This document shows positions 43,524 through 57,100 of a stretch of 64,000 nucleotides of DNA, piece after piece; the first letter of the stretch is position 1, and each line of letters starts with the position of its first letter. A program made the position numbers and the translations under genes. The notes below the pieces were generated by a model. It did no database searches and was not told the DNA's origin. It saw nothing but the letters and a program-made list of their open reading frames with translations. Origin of the DNA: the human T2T-CHM13v2.0 reference genome, Homo sapiens; the NCBI RefSeq assembly GCF_009914755.1, contig NC_060926.1. One strand, 5' to 3'.

Positions 43524-45998
43524 GATCCTTCAAACCAAAAATGTGGTGGAAGAAAGAAAACCGTGTCTTTCAGCAGCATGCCATCGGAAAAGAAAATTAG
43601 CAGTGCAAATGACTGCATCAGCTTCATGCAAGCTGGCTGTGAGTTGAAGAAAGTCCGGCCAAATTCTCGCATTTACAACCGTTTTTTCACTCTGGACACA
43701 GACCTTCAAGCTCTTCGCTGGGAACCTTCAAAGAAAGACCTCGAGAAAGCCAAGCTTGATATTTCTGCCATAAAAGAGATCAGACTGGGGAAAAACACGG
43801 AAACATTTAGAAACAATGGCCTTGCTGACCAGATCTGTGAGGACTGTGCCTTTTCCATACTCCACGGGGAAAACTATGAGTCTCTGGACCTAGTTGCCAA
43901 TTCAGCAGATGTGGCAAACATCTGGGTGTCTGGGTTACGGTACCTGGTTTCTCGAAGTAAGCAGCCTCTTGATTTTATGGAGGGCAACCAGAACACACCA
44001 CGGTTCATGTGGTTGAAAACAGTGTTTGAAGCAGCAGATGTTGATGGGAATGGGATTATGTTGGAAGACACCTCTGTAGAGTTAATAAAACAACTCAACC
44101 CTACTCTGAAGGAAGCCAAGATCAGGTTAAAGTTTAAAGAAATCCAGAAGAGCAAGGAAAAACTAACCACCCGCGTGACCGAAGAGGAATTTTGTGAAGC
44201 TTTTTGTGAACTTTGCACCAGGCCAGAAGTGTATTTCTTACTTGTACAGATATCTAAAAACAAAGAATATTTGGATGCCAATGATCTCATGCTCTTTTTA
44301 GAAGCTGAGCAAGGAGTCACCCATATCACCGAGGATATATGCTTAGACATCATAAGGAGATACGAACTTTCTGAAGAGGGACGTCAAAAAGGGTTTCTTG
44401 CAATTGATGGCTTTACCCAGTATTTATTGTCATCAGAATGTGACATTTTTGATCCTGAGCAAAAGAAGGTTGCCCAAGATATGACCCAGCCATTATCTCA
44501 CTACTATATCAATGCCTCTCATAACACCTATCTAATAGAAGACCAGTTCAGGGGGCCAGCTGACATCAATGGGTACATTAGAGCTTTGAAAATGGGCTGT
44601 CGAAGCGTTGAACTCGATGTAAGTGATGGTTCAGATAATGAACCAATCCTTTGTAATCGAAATAACATGACAACCCATGTTTCCTTTCGAAGTGTCATAG
44701 AGGTAATAAATAAATTTGCCTTTGTTGCTTCTGAATACCCACTCATTCTTTGCTTGGGAAATCACTGCTCCTTGCCGCAGCAGAAGGTAATGGCTCAACA
44801 GATGAAAAAGGTCTTTGGCAATAAACTCTATACTGAAGCACCTTTGCCCTCAGAATCCTACCTCCCATCACCAGAAAAATTAAAAAGAATGATCATTGTG
44901 AAAGGAAAGAAGTTGCCTTCTGATCCAGATGTGTTAGAAGGAGAAGTAACAGATGAAGATGAAGAAGCTGAAATGTCTCGAAGGATGTCGGTAGATTACA
45001 ATGGTGAGCAGAAGCAAATCCGACTCTGTAGGGAGCTCTCTGATTTGGTGTCTATTTGTAAATCTGTTCAGTACAGGGATTTTGAACTATCTATGAAAAG
45101 CCAAAACTATTGGGAAATGTGTTCATTTAGTGAAACAGAGGCCAGCCGCATTGCAAATGAGTACCCAGAGGATTTTGTTAATTATAATAAGAAGTTCTTA
45201 TCAAGAATCTATCCAAGTGCCATGAGGATCGATTCCAGTAACTTGAATCCACAGGACTTTTGGAATTGTGGCTGTCAGATTGTAGCAATGAATTTTCAGA
45301 CTCCGGGTCCAATGATGGACCTTCACACGGGCTGGTTTCTTCAAAACGGGGGATGTGGTTATGTTCTAAGGCCGTCTATAATGCGAGATGAAGTTTCTTA
45401 CTTCAGCGCAAATACAAAGGGCATTCTACCTGGGGTGTCTCCTCTAGCTCTTCATATCAAGATCATCAGTGGTCAGAATTTCCCAAAGCCCAAGGGAGCT
45501 TGTGCCAAAGGGGATGTCATAGATCCCTATGTTTGTATAGAGATACACGGAATTCCAGCGGATTGTTCGGAACAAAGAACTAAAACTGTACAGCAAAACA
45601 GTGATAATCCTATTTTTGATGAAACTTTTGAGTTCCAAGTAAACCTACCTGAGCTGGCCATGATCCGTTTTGTTGTTCTGGATGATGACTACATTGGGGA
45701 TGAGTTTATAGGGCAATATACGATACCATTTGAATGTTTGCAGCCTGGATATCGGCATGTTCCCCTGCGTTCTTTTGTGGGTGACATCATGGAGCACGTA
45801 ACCCTTTTTGTCCACATAGCAATAACTAATCGAAGTGGAGGAGGAAAGGCACAGAAGCGCAGTCTTTCAGTGAGAATGGGGAAGAAAGTTCGGGAATATA
45901 CCATGCTCAGGAATATCGGTCTTAAAACCATTGATGACATCTTTAAAATAGCGGTTCATCCATTACGAGAAGCCATAGATATGAGAGAAAATATGCAG
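43524..45998 (+). CDS. PLCL1: PLCL1 coding exon 2 (825 codons): KKTVSF PP1 motif, PH, EF-hand, PLC X, acidic X-Y linker, PLC Y and C2 domains
   Basis: 853-aa ORF with PLC-delta-like architecture (SHNTYL, ELDxx[31 protein letters not shown]). Acceptor ttattttacag|GAT at 43523/43524 and donor ATGCAG|gtagga at 45998/45999. Length 2475 = 825 codons. Sequence recognised as PLCL1. Confidence 0.97.
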
Positions 45999-46104
45999 GT
46001 AGGAGAAACATCTCACACTCTCCTTCCCTATCCCTGCTTATTCCTACCCGTATAATGTTTTATTAATAATCTGATTTGCAAAAATTTATCAGAAAGATTG
46101 TTTA

Positions 46105-46434
<330 letters not shown>

Positions 46435-47378
46435 CTAAGTTCAGTATTGTCTGTGATAAAACAGATATATTTTATGTTTCTAACTGTGAATGCTATGTTA
46501 AGTTTGGACTGAACTAAGATGTAGCAAAATGCTGTATATTAAATATCCTTAGTACAAAACTGAATCAATATATGGAAATGTGCATCTGAAACAATGGGAA
46601 CCAAGTAGAATATACAATATATGTGTGTAATACATAAAAAATTTATACAAACATACACATACTAATTACCAGTGTATATATAACATATTTGCATATATGA
46701 TCATGAAAGAATTTGAAGTGATATAAAACAAGCATAATGTCTATTAGGTTACTTTTTAGTTTTAAATTAGGTATAATGACAACAATAATAAATTACTCCC
46801 CACAAGAACAAGTAAAACTAAACAAAAAAAATTGGCACTCAAACTGGTTGAAAAATATTTAACCTTGTCTTAGAAATGTGGTTTAATTGAAAGAACATGG
46901 GTTCTTGATCAAATCTATCCCTGTGCGATCTTGAACAAATTATTTCAGGTCTCTGATCATCAATATTCTCCATATAAGGTAAGAAAAATAGTTACACTTA
47001 TCGCAAAATTATTATTAGAGTAAAATTAGGGTATATGGAAATTGACTAGCCTGAACATTTAGAAATTCAATATTAAGTTTTCTTTCCTTCATTAATGCTT
47101 ATAATCTGAGACAGTGGTAAACTTAAAAAAAATTACTTAATATACTTATTAGGCTAGTGTTATTGAGATGCAAACAATAACAGATATTCACCGAGTACCT
47201 GCAATGTGCAAAGTGGATATTATTCAATTCACTTTATTTCTTTAGCTGATGTGTTTATAATAATCCTCACCAAAAATCCCTGTTTTCAAGATAGATAATA
47301 AATTTGAAAATGTTAATGCATTTCCTAAGTATTGCAAGTTAACAGATAGCAATGTTAGCCTTTAAATCCAGGACTGCC

Positions 47379-47612
47379 AGTATTTAATAGAACAACAGGG
47401 TGACTATAGTTAATAATAACTGTACATTTTAGAGTAACTTAAAGAGTCTAATTGGATTGTTTGCAACTCAATGGATAAATGCTTGAGGTGATGCATACCC
47501 CATTCTTCATGATGTGCTTATTTCATATTGCATGCCTGTATCAAGACTTTTCATGTACCTTATAAATATATATACCTACTATGTACCTGCAAAAGTTAAA
47601 AATTAAAGAAAA
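47379..47612 (+). mobile_element. L1MA 3' end with TSD
   Basis: acaacagggtgactatagttaataataac...ggataaatgcttgaggtgatg. TSD TAAATCCAGGA(C/T)TGCC at 47363-47378 and 47613-47628. Confidence 0.88.
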
Positions 47613-48624
47613 TAAATCCAGGATTGCCTAATACCAAAATCCATTTCCATTATCATTCATGTGCAGAACCACAAACCCATGGCACAGTTAAATACTTGTG
47701 GTAGGTTGTCTTAGCCACCATTTAAAAAATAGAGTCCCAATATCAGCATATTCTATGTAACTTTTTCTGACATAATTCTAGTACTATTATAAATCCCTAT
47801 GTTAGATTAGTTATAAACCATTTCTGCACTTAACTTTATAGATTAGACTTTACATATTTTATATAATCTTGAAATATGTACTTTGCATATTTTATATTAT
47901 GTATTTAAAATACATAGAAGTGTTATAGATAAAGTGTATCCAGGTAGCGTTGATAGTTCATATTATCTTAACATAAAGTCTTTGGGGTTAAGGATTATTT
48001 GGAGTCTAATCAGAAGAAAAATGAAGGTGATCATTGTCATGAAATTCATGAGACACCTAATAAGTTAGGTACTGTTCACTGTGGGTGAAATGTAAAATAG
48101 TCATAATTTCTATTTCAAATGAATTTTTTGAAAAGACTGTAACATGGACAAATGTAGCTCTACATGAAATGTGCTTTCAGTGTGTGTGTCTGTCAGGTGC
48201 CTTTCTGATGAAGTGACAAAGGAATGCCATTGATTAGTCAGATGGAGGGTGGTGAGCAGTAGCATCCTGCTACCTTGAGGAAAAAAGCCCAAGTGAAATG
48301 CACTCCAGTATACAACCCCTGCCATTCTGTTTTCCTGATCACCATGATACAAATCAAACATGACATTCATGATCAGCCAGTACTTAGTTGTGTGACTATC
48401 CCAGTGGTCTGCTTTGAAAAGCACTGCATAGCCTTGTGTCCCACTCTGCTTTGCTTTCATGGGTTGTTTGTGGTGATTGCTAAAAATTGAGCAAGATGAA
48501 GTATAGTTATGAATTAGCCCTCTATTATCTTTTAAAAATGAATGTACTTTTCTGTAAACCTGGGAGTGCTGGCGGTGATGTGTCAGGTGGTCAGAAGTGT
48601 GATTCCATGTTTTCTTCCTCACAG

Positions 48625-48828
48625 AATGCAATCGTGTCTATTAAGGAACTATGTGGACTCCCTCCAATTGCCAGTCTGAAGCAGTGCCTGTTAACTCTGT
48701 CATCTCGGCTCATCACCAGTGACAATACTCCTTCAGTCTCACTTGTGATGAAAGACAGCTTTCCTTACCTGGAGCCTCTGGGTGCAATTCCAGATGTGCA
48801 GAAAAAGATGCTGACTGCTTATGATCTG
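48625..48828 (+). CDS. PLCL1: PLCL1 coding exon 3 (68 codons, NAIVSIKELCGL...MLTAYDL)
   Basis: Acceptor ttttcttcctcacag|AAT, donor GATCTG|gtagga. 204 bp, phase 0/0, continues the exon 2 frame (ORF 48487..48918). Confidence 0.95.
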
Positions 48829-49229
48829 GTAGGAAATTGCGACTCCATATTTTTTTACATGTGTGTGTGTGTGAAATCACAAATAGCAGGGACTCCTCTG
48901 TGGAACTCCAATGAATAACACAGGGTGACTACCTTTGAAACATGGATTGGAGGTAGCATGCAGAGCCGGCCCATTCAGCTTCTGCTAAGTCTCAGTGGAA
49001 AACTCTGAGAAAATGACTTGAACCTGGAGCTGCACAGGTTATAAGTGGAAAACTCTGCTTTAGCAAGGAATGAATTATTAAAAAACCCTCAAAAATATGT
49101 ACACTCATCATCTAAATGACTTTAGAGTGCAATATAACCATTTAATTATATACCTATGGGAAGTAAACATGTCTCAGTGCTGCCTTATGATGGTTGAGAC
49201 AAAATTTATATAGAATCTATATTTTTCAG

Positions 49230-49545
49230 CTAATTCCTAGAATGTACCCCTTATCCTCATGGTCCAAAATGGGTGCTGAGCTCCAGCCATAATATCTGCA
49301 TTCCAACCATCAGGAGTGATGAAAAGATGTAAGACATAGCTTCTTCCTTTAAGGACGTTTCTCTGGAATAGAATAGATCATGTTTGCTTTTATTTCATCA
49401 GCCTGGAGTTGACATATAGCCACACTTAGTTGCAAAGGAGAATGGAAAATATCATTTCAAGGGGCTATATGCTAAATGTTGTCTCTTCTGTTACTAGGAA
49501 ATAAGGGGAGAATGGATATTAAGGGACAACCAATAGTCTGCTACA
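49230..49545 (-). mobile_element. Old MaLR LTR fragment (MLT1J-like)
   Basis: cctcatggtccaaaatgg...ctccagccat...tctgcattcca...tagttgcaaaggagaatggaaaat. Confidence 0.55.
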
Positions 49546-51171
49546 GAGGTGAATAGGCAATTCACTTACCCCCCACCCAATAACAATGAAAAATTAAAAA
49601 CATTTAACTTTAAAATAAGTTTTTAATTAGAAATTAAGAAAATATAGTAAGATATTCCCCTCACCATTAAATTGACATGTTTTTTCTCTTTAAAAATAGT
49701 ACCTCTGATCAAGAATTTAAGCAAATGGATACTCTCATTCATCTACTTCTAGTGGAAAAATAAATTGATATAGTATTTCTTGGAGAAACAATTGGCAATA
49801 CAATTTAAAATGCTTACGAGTTTGATCTATAGAGTTCCTTTTCTTGGATTTATTCTAAGCCAGTAGAGAGAAGTATAAACATTTATGTTAATAATTCAAC
49901 ATAGAAAGATTAGCTAAGTGAAATATAATAATCTATATTATAGATTCCTTTGAAGATATTAAAATCATGTGTTAGAAGAATATGTAATGGTATGGAGAAG
50001 TCCTTACAATGTTTTGTAGAAAATTTGATTACAATAAAATGGGAGATAGGATTTAAATTACATTTCTATGAATATGCCCCTAAGTTGCTAGCAGGTTATT
50101 AATAGTGAATGTTTTTATATAAGAGTGAATTTTATTTTCTTATTTATGCTTTTCTGTATTTTTTCTATATTCACCAAACTCTTTATAATGAACCCAACTA
50201 ATTTTATAATTGCATAAAATAAACCTTAAGGAAGAAAAGATGAAGATTTTGTCATTAAAAAACAAGTAGAAGAAAGATATTGGAGATAAACATTCTACGA
50301 ATGAAAAAGAAAAATTTCCACAGGGCATGTTCTGCTTATGAATGACCATACCTGTTATAAAATGTACTTCATGGTTGCTAGGGGGAAAGTTTACCTATTA
50401 CCTGTATCTCATTTTTCATGAAATCAACTTTTTCATCATAAAAATGGGGACTGAAAGCTATTCAGTGAATAGGTATAATTGCCATCTAAGAGGTGAAATT
50501 AGGGTACTAGTTGCCATAGAGACAGACAGTAGAAATCACTTATTCCTCCACTTCTCTTTTAAGCTAAGAAAAAGAAATCATTCATGGCCAGGGAGGTCCC
50601 TGAAGCTGGCCTGTAATAAGCAGAAGGATACCTGGTCTGGGGCTGGGCAATTGCCATTTCACACCCCCGAGTGTCTGACAGTGTCTTATTTTTTGTTTTA
50701 TCTGCTGAAGCCAAGACTGAAATATTAGCCTTTTCTCATCTGTATTATTACAATGCAAATTGTAATTGCAGGCAGAGCATGGTTTTCAAAGATTAAAATA
50801 AAAGGCTACGGTGGAAGCAGAAATACTTATAATGAAGTCTTTCATGTACAGTTCTCTATGGAAAACCATTTTGGGAGGGAATTGAGTGTAAATATCCTTA
50901 TACCACATGGTAAACTTGGTAGAATTCAAAAATGATTAAAAACACCATTGACATCTCTGTTGAGTATTTATTTGGGGGATGGGGTGGGTAGGGACAGATA
51001 CATGTAATGATGATATTGGCCTTGAAATTAAAACACCATTTTTACTTTCTAGGATTTGCATTGTATTGGTTGGCATCTTTAATGCTCTTAGTGTATTACT
51101 GTGTGTTAATTTTAAATAGGTCTTCTAAGATCTCTTCAGATCTGGAGTGAACATTTAAAAACATAGATCAA

Positions 51172-51548
<377 letters not shown>

Positions 51549-51649
51549 TCACTTTCCTGCTTAAAATCCTCCAATGGGTTCCATTAAAATAAAACGGAAA
51601 CTCCTGACTGTGGCTTTACAAGGTCATTTATGATTTGCCCCTGCTTGTC

Positions 51650-52082
51650 TACCTCACCTGCCTCTCCATCCTTGCCCAATCTCACTACATCTCCCAACCT
51701 CATCCGCCTCTCACAACCTCACCCGTCTCTCCAGCCTCACTGCCTCTCCCAACCTCACCTGCCTCTCCAGCCTCCCCTGCCTCTTTAGTTTTACCTGCCG
51801 CTCCCAACTGCACCTGCATCTCCAGCCTCACCTGCTTCTCCCAACCTCACCTGCCTCTTTAGTTTTACTGCCTCTCCCAACCTCACCTGCCAGTCCAGCC
51901 TCACTTGCCTCTCTCACCTGCTTCCCCAGCCCCATTTGCCTCTCCCAACCTCACCAGCTTGTCCCAGTCTCACCTGCATCTCCAGTCTCATCTGCCTTTT
52001 CTAGCCTACCTGCCTCTCCAGCTTCACCTGCCTTCCCCAACCTCACCTGCCTCTCCAGTCTCATCTGCTTCTCCAGCCTCAT
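51650..52082. repeat. Degenerate minisatellite, 18/19-bp unit (CACCTGCCTCTCC(C)ARCCT)
   Basis: About 23 imperfect tandem units, embedded in L2-like sequence. Confidence 0.9.
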
Positions 52083-52134
52083 TCTCACACCCTCTATTTT
52101 GCTCACTCTCTTCCAGCCACACTGGCTTTCTTTG

Positions 52135-52400
52135 CACATATTTATGGGGTATGGTGTGATATTTCCGTACATTTATACAATATGTAATGATCAAATTAGA
52201 GTAATTAGCATATCCATCACCTCAAACATTTATTTCTTAGTGGTGAGAACATTTAAAATCCTCTCTTCTGGCTATTTTGCAAGGTACTTACCACTGTACC
52301 ACCGACACCACCTCTTCTAGCTATTTGGAAATATGCAATATATTATTGTTAACTATAGTCACTACTGTGCAATGGAACACCATAATTTATTCCTCCTTAT
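52135..52400 (-). mobile_element. L1MA 3'UTR fragment
   Basis: acatatttatggggta...tgtaatgatcaaattagagtaattagcatatccatcacctcaaacattta. Confidence 0.8.
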
Positions 52401-52844
52401 CTCTTAATTCTTAGCTCAAATGTCATTTTCTCAGAAAAGCCTTCCCTAACTACTCTCCCCATACATTCCTTTGTCACATAGCCATGTTTTATTTCCATCT
52501 TCCTGCTTAGAAGTATTGAAAAATACTTTGCTTGAACTTTTTAATTGCTGTCCTCTTTTACTCCTCAATTTGAATGTAAACTCCGTGAGGTTAGATCCTA
52601 TCTGTATATTTATTACTGTCACCTCTGGCACCCAAAACAATGTTGGCACATAGCACGTTATCAGGTAATGTTCACTGAGTAAAAACAATAAATAAAAGCA
52701 TCTATTGTTGGTGAAAATCGTGTAGTTTCCATCCTATAACTGAACATGTTTGATGATAAATTATTAAATCCCCTTGATTTTACCTCTCTGACACCACCCT
52801 TGCTGAATTGTTCCCTATCTTATATTTGGCTAAAAAACTTACAG

Positions 52845-53240
52845 AGTAAGGCAAAACTATGGAGACAGTAAAAAGATTATTATTTGCCAGGGCCTTTGAG
52901 TGGGTCAGGGAGGGATGAACTGGTGGAGCACAAAGGATTTTTAAGGCAGTGGAACTATTCTGTATGAAACTGTAATGGCAGATACATGTCATTATACACT
53001 AGTCAACAACCTATAGAATGTACAACACAAAGAGTCAACCCTAATGTCAACTATGGACTTTAGCTAATAAGAATGTATCAATAGTGGCTTGTCAATTGTA
53101 GTAAATATACCACACTAATGCAAAATGTAAACAGTAGGGAAAACTGGGAGGTGGGGGTAGAGTTAGAGGGTGAGGACTCTGTACTTTCCATTTACTTTTT
53201 ATGCAAACTTGAAACTTCTCGTAAAAATACAGTCTAACCA
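52845..53240 (+). mobile_element. L1MC1-like 3' end
   Basis: aggcaaaactatggagacagtaaaaagat...gatacatgtcattatac...ccctaatgtcaactatggacttt. Confidence 0.8.
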
Positions 53241-53799
53241 CCCCCCCAACCTACCACAGACTATTAATAAAAACTGATTTGGATGAATAAGGGAAAAAAG
53301 CAAATCCAAGATTTATTGCCTAGTGGTGTGGTTGGTGTGGGGAGAAGGTATTCCAAAATGAACAGCTTGGGTTCAATTTAGACTTAAGTTGCTTAAATTT
53401 TTGGATTTCTTGAAAATGGTAATGAACTGTGTAGATGCCATCCAAGAGGAAAAATTGTTACCACTAAAAAATGCAGAATATGTTTAGAATAAAAACAACC
53501 TGAAATCTTTCCTGAACAGATACAAATGTTTTCTTTTTTCAGTATGGAAAGAAAGAAATCAGGCAACTTGGTAGCCTACATTTGTTGAAAGCAAACTTGA
53601 GTGCATCAAATTATACTATTATCAAGGGAAAATAAAATAAAATATTCTAGAAAACACTGACCCTGAGTTCATCTGCACAGATTTTTTCCCCTAAATTTAG
53701 CTTTCCATATTTATTACCCACTATAAATAAATAAATAAATAAATCCCACTATTTATTAGTCATTAAATATTTGAAAATATTTCCTCCTGAGGGTTTTAA

Positions 53800-54127
<328 letters not shown>

Positions 54128-57100
54128 TTAAAAGTCCTTTTAAATTAGTCTTGCAATTATAATTCCATTATAGCAACTGTGTTGGTATCAAGAAATCAAA
54201 AATCAAATGTATTTGTAGCAAAATGGGCCTATTGACGTGGCAGAATTTCAGAAGAAAGGGAAGGCACACTCTCCCCTGTCTTAGCACATCTTACTTAAAG
54301 TATACGTTTTCTGTCTGCTTCCTGGGACTTGAAATTTCAAAATTACAACCAGTTCCCTAGGGTTAAGACTTTTTATCTTTTTTAAAATGCAGCAACATCC
54401 CTGTGAGTAATAACACACTGGGTTATCAGTAATTCATTCTTACTTTCGAGTAAATTTAGCAGATCCTGTTCTACAAGCAGGTTTTAACCTGGGAGAAGCG
54501 AGAGATGGTAATGACAGAGGGTTCACCAAGTCTGGGTAAGGTGAAGGTGGGGTTGCTCAAAGAATTGCAATTTGCTTACGGGCAGCCCTGTTTACTGTTA
54601 CCATTAATACTCTCAATAGGATGTTGCCATGTAAATGCCTATCTAGTATTTTGTGCAACTGAAGCAGAGATGACTTTGCTGATATAAAACGTGTCACGGC
54701 TGGAGGTGGGAAGTGTACAGCTTCTAAAACAGCACTAGAGGGAACTGGGAGCACTATCAATCAATAACTCTGGCAAGTAGAAAAGGCTCTAAAAGTCGAA
54801 GGTAGAATGGATGCCTCTTTCGCAGGCTAAATACACAAAGAGAAGAGCTGTTGGCATTGGATTGTTCACCACAGTGCCATTTCAGTGGCCCTCTGCTCAT
54901 CAGGAAAGTTTTCCAGAAACTGTCCCTGGAGCTTAATTTGAAATCAGAAGACCATTTCTAAGTGACTCTTCCATTTATTTTACTGCGATTCTTCTTCTTT
55001 TTTGGCTCAGGTCTCTGAAAGAGCAAGCATCACTTCCCCACTCTGGATTTTTACTTTCTCTGGAAAAATATCCCACTGAAGTAGGTAGTATAGTCACAGA
55101 GTCATCGTCTTTTAAGGCTGATAATGTCATATAATTATATTTTGCAAATAAAAGTAATATGACTTTTTTTCATTTAGGATTCATCTTAAATTGGGTGTTG
55201 TTAAGAGTAAAAATTGGTTACAGAAAGAGTTACTTAGTGTTATAGCCAGAAAATGGAGATGTTTAATTTGATAAACATTTTCTGAACTCCTTTTAATGTG
55301 CAAGCCACTGCGTTAAATGTTGTGGAAGGTTCAGCAGATCTTGTGCTTCAGCAGCTTACCAGCAGGAGATGTAACCTGGTGAGGTACTACCCAGCCCTAG
55401 GAGTCTACTATTGGGGATGTGAATATGTTACTCATCATTTAACATGGAGTTGTAATAGCAGGGGATTACACTGGAAAACATTTTGTAATTTTAGTAGGGC
55501 ACTATCAAAACTAGTTTGTTTGAATTGGTTTGACTTTTTTCATTCTGCAATCGTGTTTTTATGCATGTAGACTTAGCTCCAGCCCTAATGTTTTACTCTA
55601 GTCACATTTCTACGTTTTATTCTGTGTAACCAAAGATGAATAAGCAGAGACGGAATCAGCACAGATAGTCATGATAGAACGAATGACAGTTCTGTAACTC
55701 AAGAGAAATAGGAAAATGTGTAGGAACACATATATTTGCCACTTGTAAAATAACATTTTCTCATTTGATATGCCATTTTGTATATGTCTTTAGGCTTTTA
55801 ATTATTCAACTAAACAAGAATATTTTGGATGCCTACTATGTGCAAGGCAGTGTGCAAGGTGCTAGAGAAAGAAATAGTATGAAGCAAAACTTCTGTCCTT
55901 GAGGAATGGGCAACCCTGATGGGAAAGGAGGACTTACACCTAAAAAGGGAAGTAGTCACACGCAGTGTTCAGAGAGTTGACCACATGGTATTTTATGTCC
56001 TTAGCTGGAGTCTTAGATCATTTAGTCCTATGATAGACTTTTCACAGTGACTTATAACACACTTCTTCTACCACCTCTGCCACCTGGTACTCAGCAGAAT
56101 TTTATTTCCAAATACATTTGAAAGAAAAATATTATCTGACTTTATATACTTTCTTCTTTAGATGGCCGAGCTTTTCCTTTTCAGTGTTCTCACCTTTCTA
56201 ATTTTTCATGCAGTCAAGAAGTATTTTCCTAATATATTTGATCATTTCCATTATTTTAAGTTGTTATGAAAAATATTTGGGTAATATCTTAAATATATCA
56301 TTCTGAAGTGGAATAGCTACAGGAGGTTGCAACTGTAAGAAATAAGCCCAAAGCATTCTCCAAGGTGACTTCTGTGCTACCTTATTTAACATTAACATAA
56401 AAGTTAAAACTTTACTATGGTAAGAACAATTTTTTTTAAATTTGTTGTTAAAAAAAGGAAATCAAAACAATCTAGAGAACATAAGTCAAGGGTTATTTAA
56501 TCTTTTACTAAGTCAGTTGGGGGTGATTTGGAGAGCAGTTGATAGTGCTAGAGTGAGCAGGAATCTAGCAAAAAAGAGCTAATTGCTGTCTAATCACGCT
56601 TGCAATGGAATGAATACACTAGTAAGTATTACAGTTAAGCCAGGCATAATGGTTGGCTTAAATACATTCTGTTATATCAGTGTTATAACCAGTATATATT
56701 CAGCCTCAGGATGGGAAAGAGTTGTAGTTATGTCTATAGTTCCCCGATTTAGTTTTGCTTATTGAAATCCATTTAAATTAAAATTGGATTCAGTCAAAGA
56801 TAGTCTCATTCCATCACTGTCTCTTATTGTGAAGTTTGTGTGGAACTCTATTAGTTTGCATTTCAAGAAGTATCTTTGCTTGTATAGTAATAGAACCTAA
56901 AAAAAGAACTGTCTGCTGGCATGTGCCCAAACAGAGCTCGGTGTTTAAAAACAAGATGCTGTATTCTTGGGGTATGGAAACTTCCTTCACATGTGGGTAC
57001 AGCAATGTCTTTGGACACATTTTCTGTGTAAGGGGAAAATTATCAGCATCTTGAGGAGTGGCAAAATTTCTACTTGGTACCAGGATCTCTAGGACCATGG

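Noticed and set aside
43874-45940. Antisense ORFs overlapping exon 2
   Set aside because: Shadow ORFs expected opposite a long coding exon.
48110-48631. 173-aa minus-strand ORF overlapping the exon 3 acceptor
   Set aside because: No recognisable homology and a non-ATG start; probably chance.
51635-52172. Pro/Ser/Ala-rich ORFs
   Set aside because: Translations of the minisatellite.
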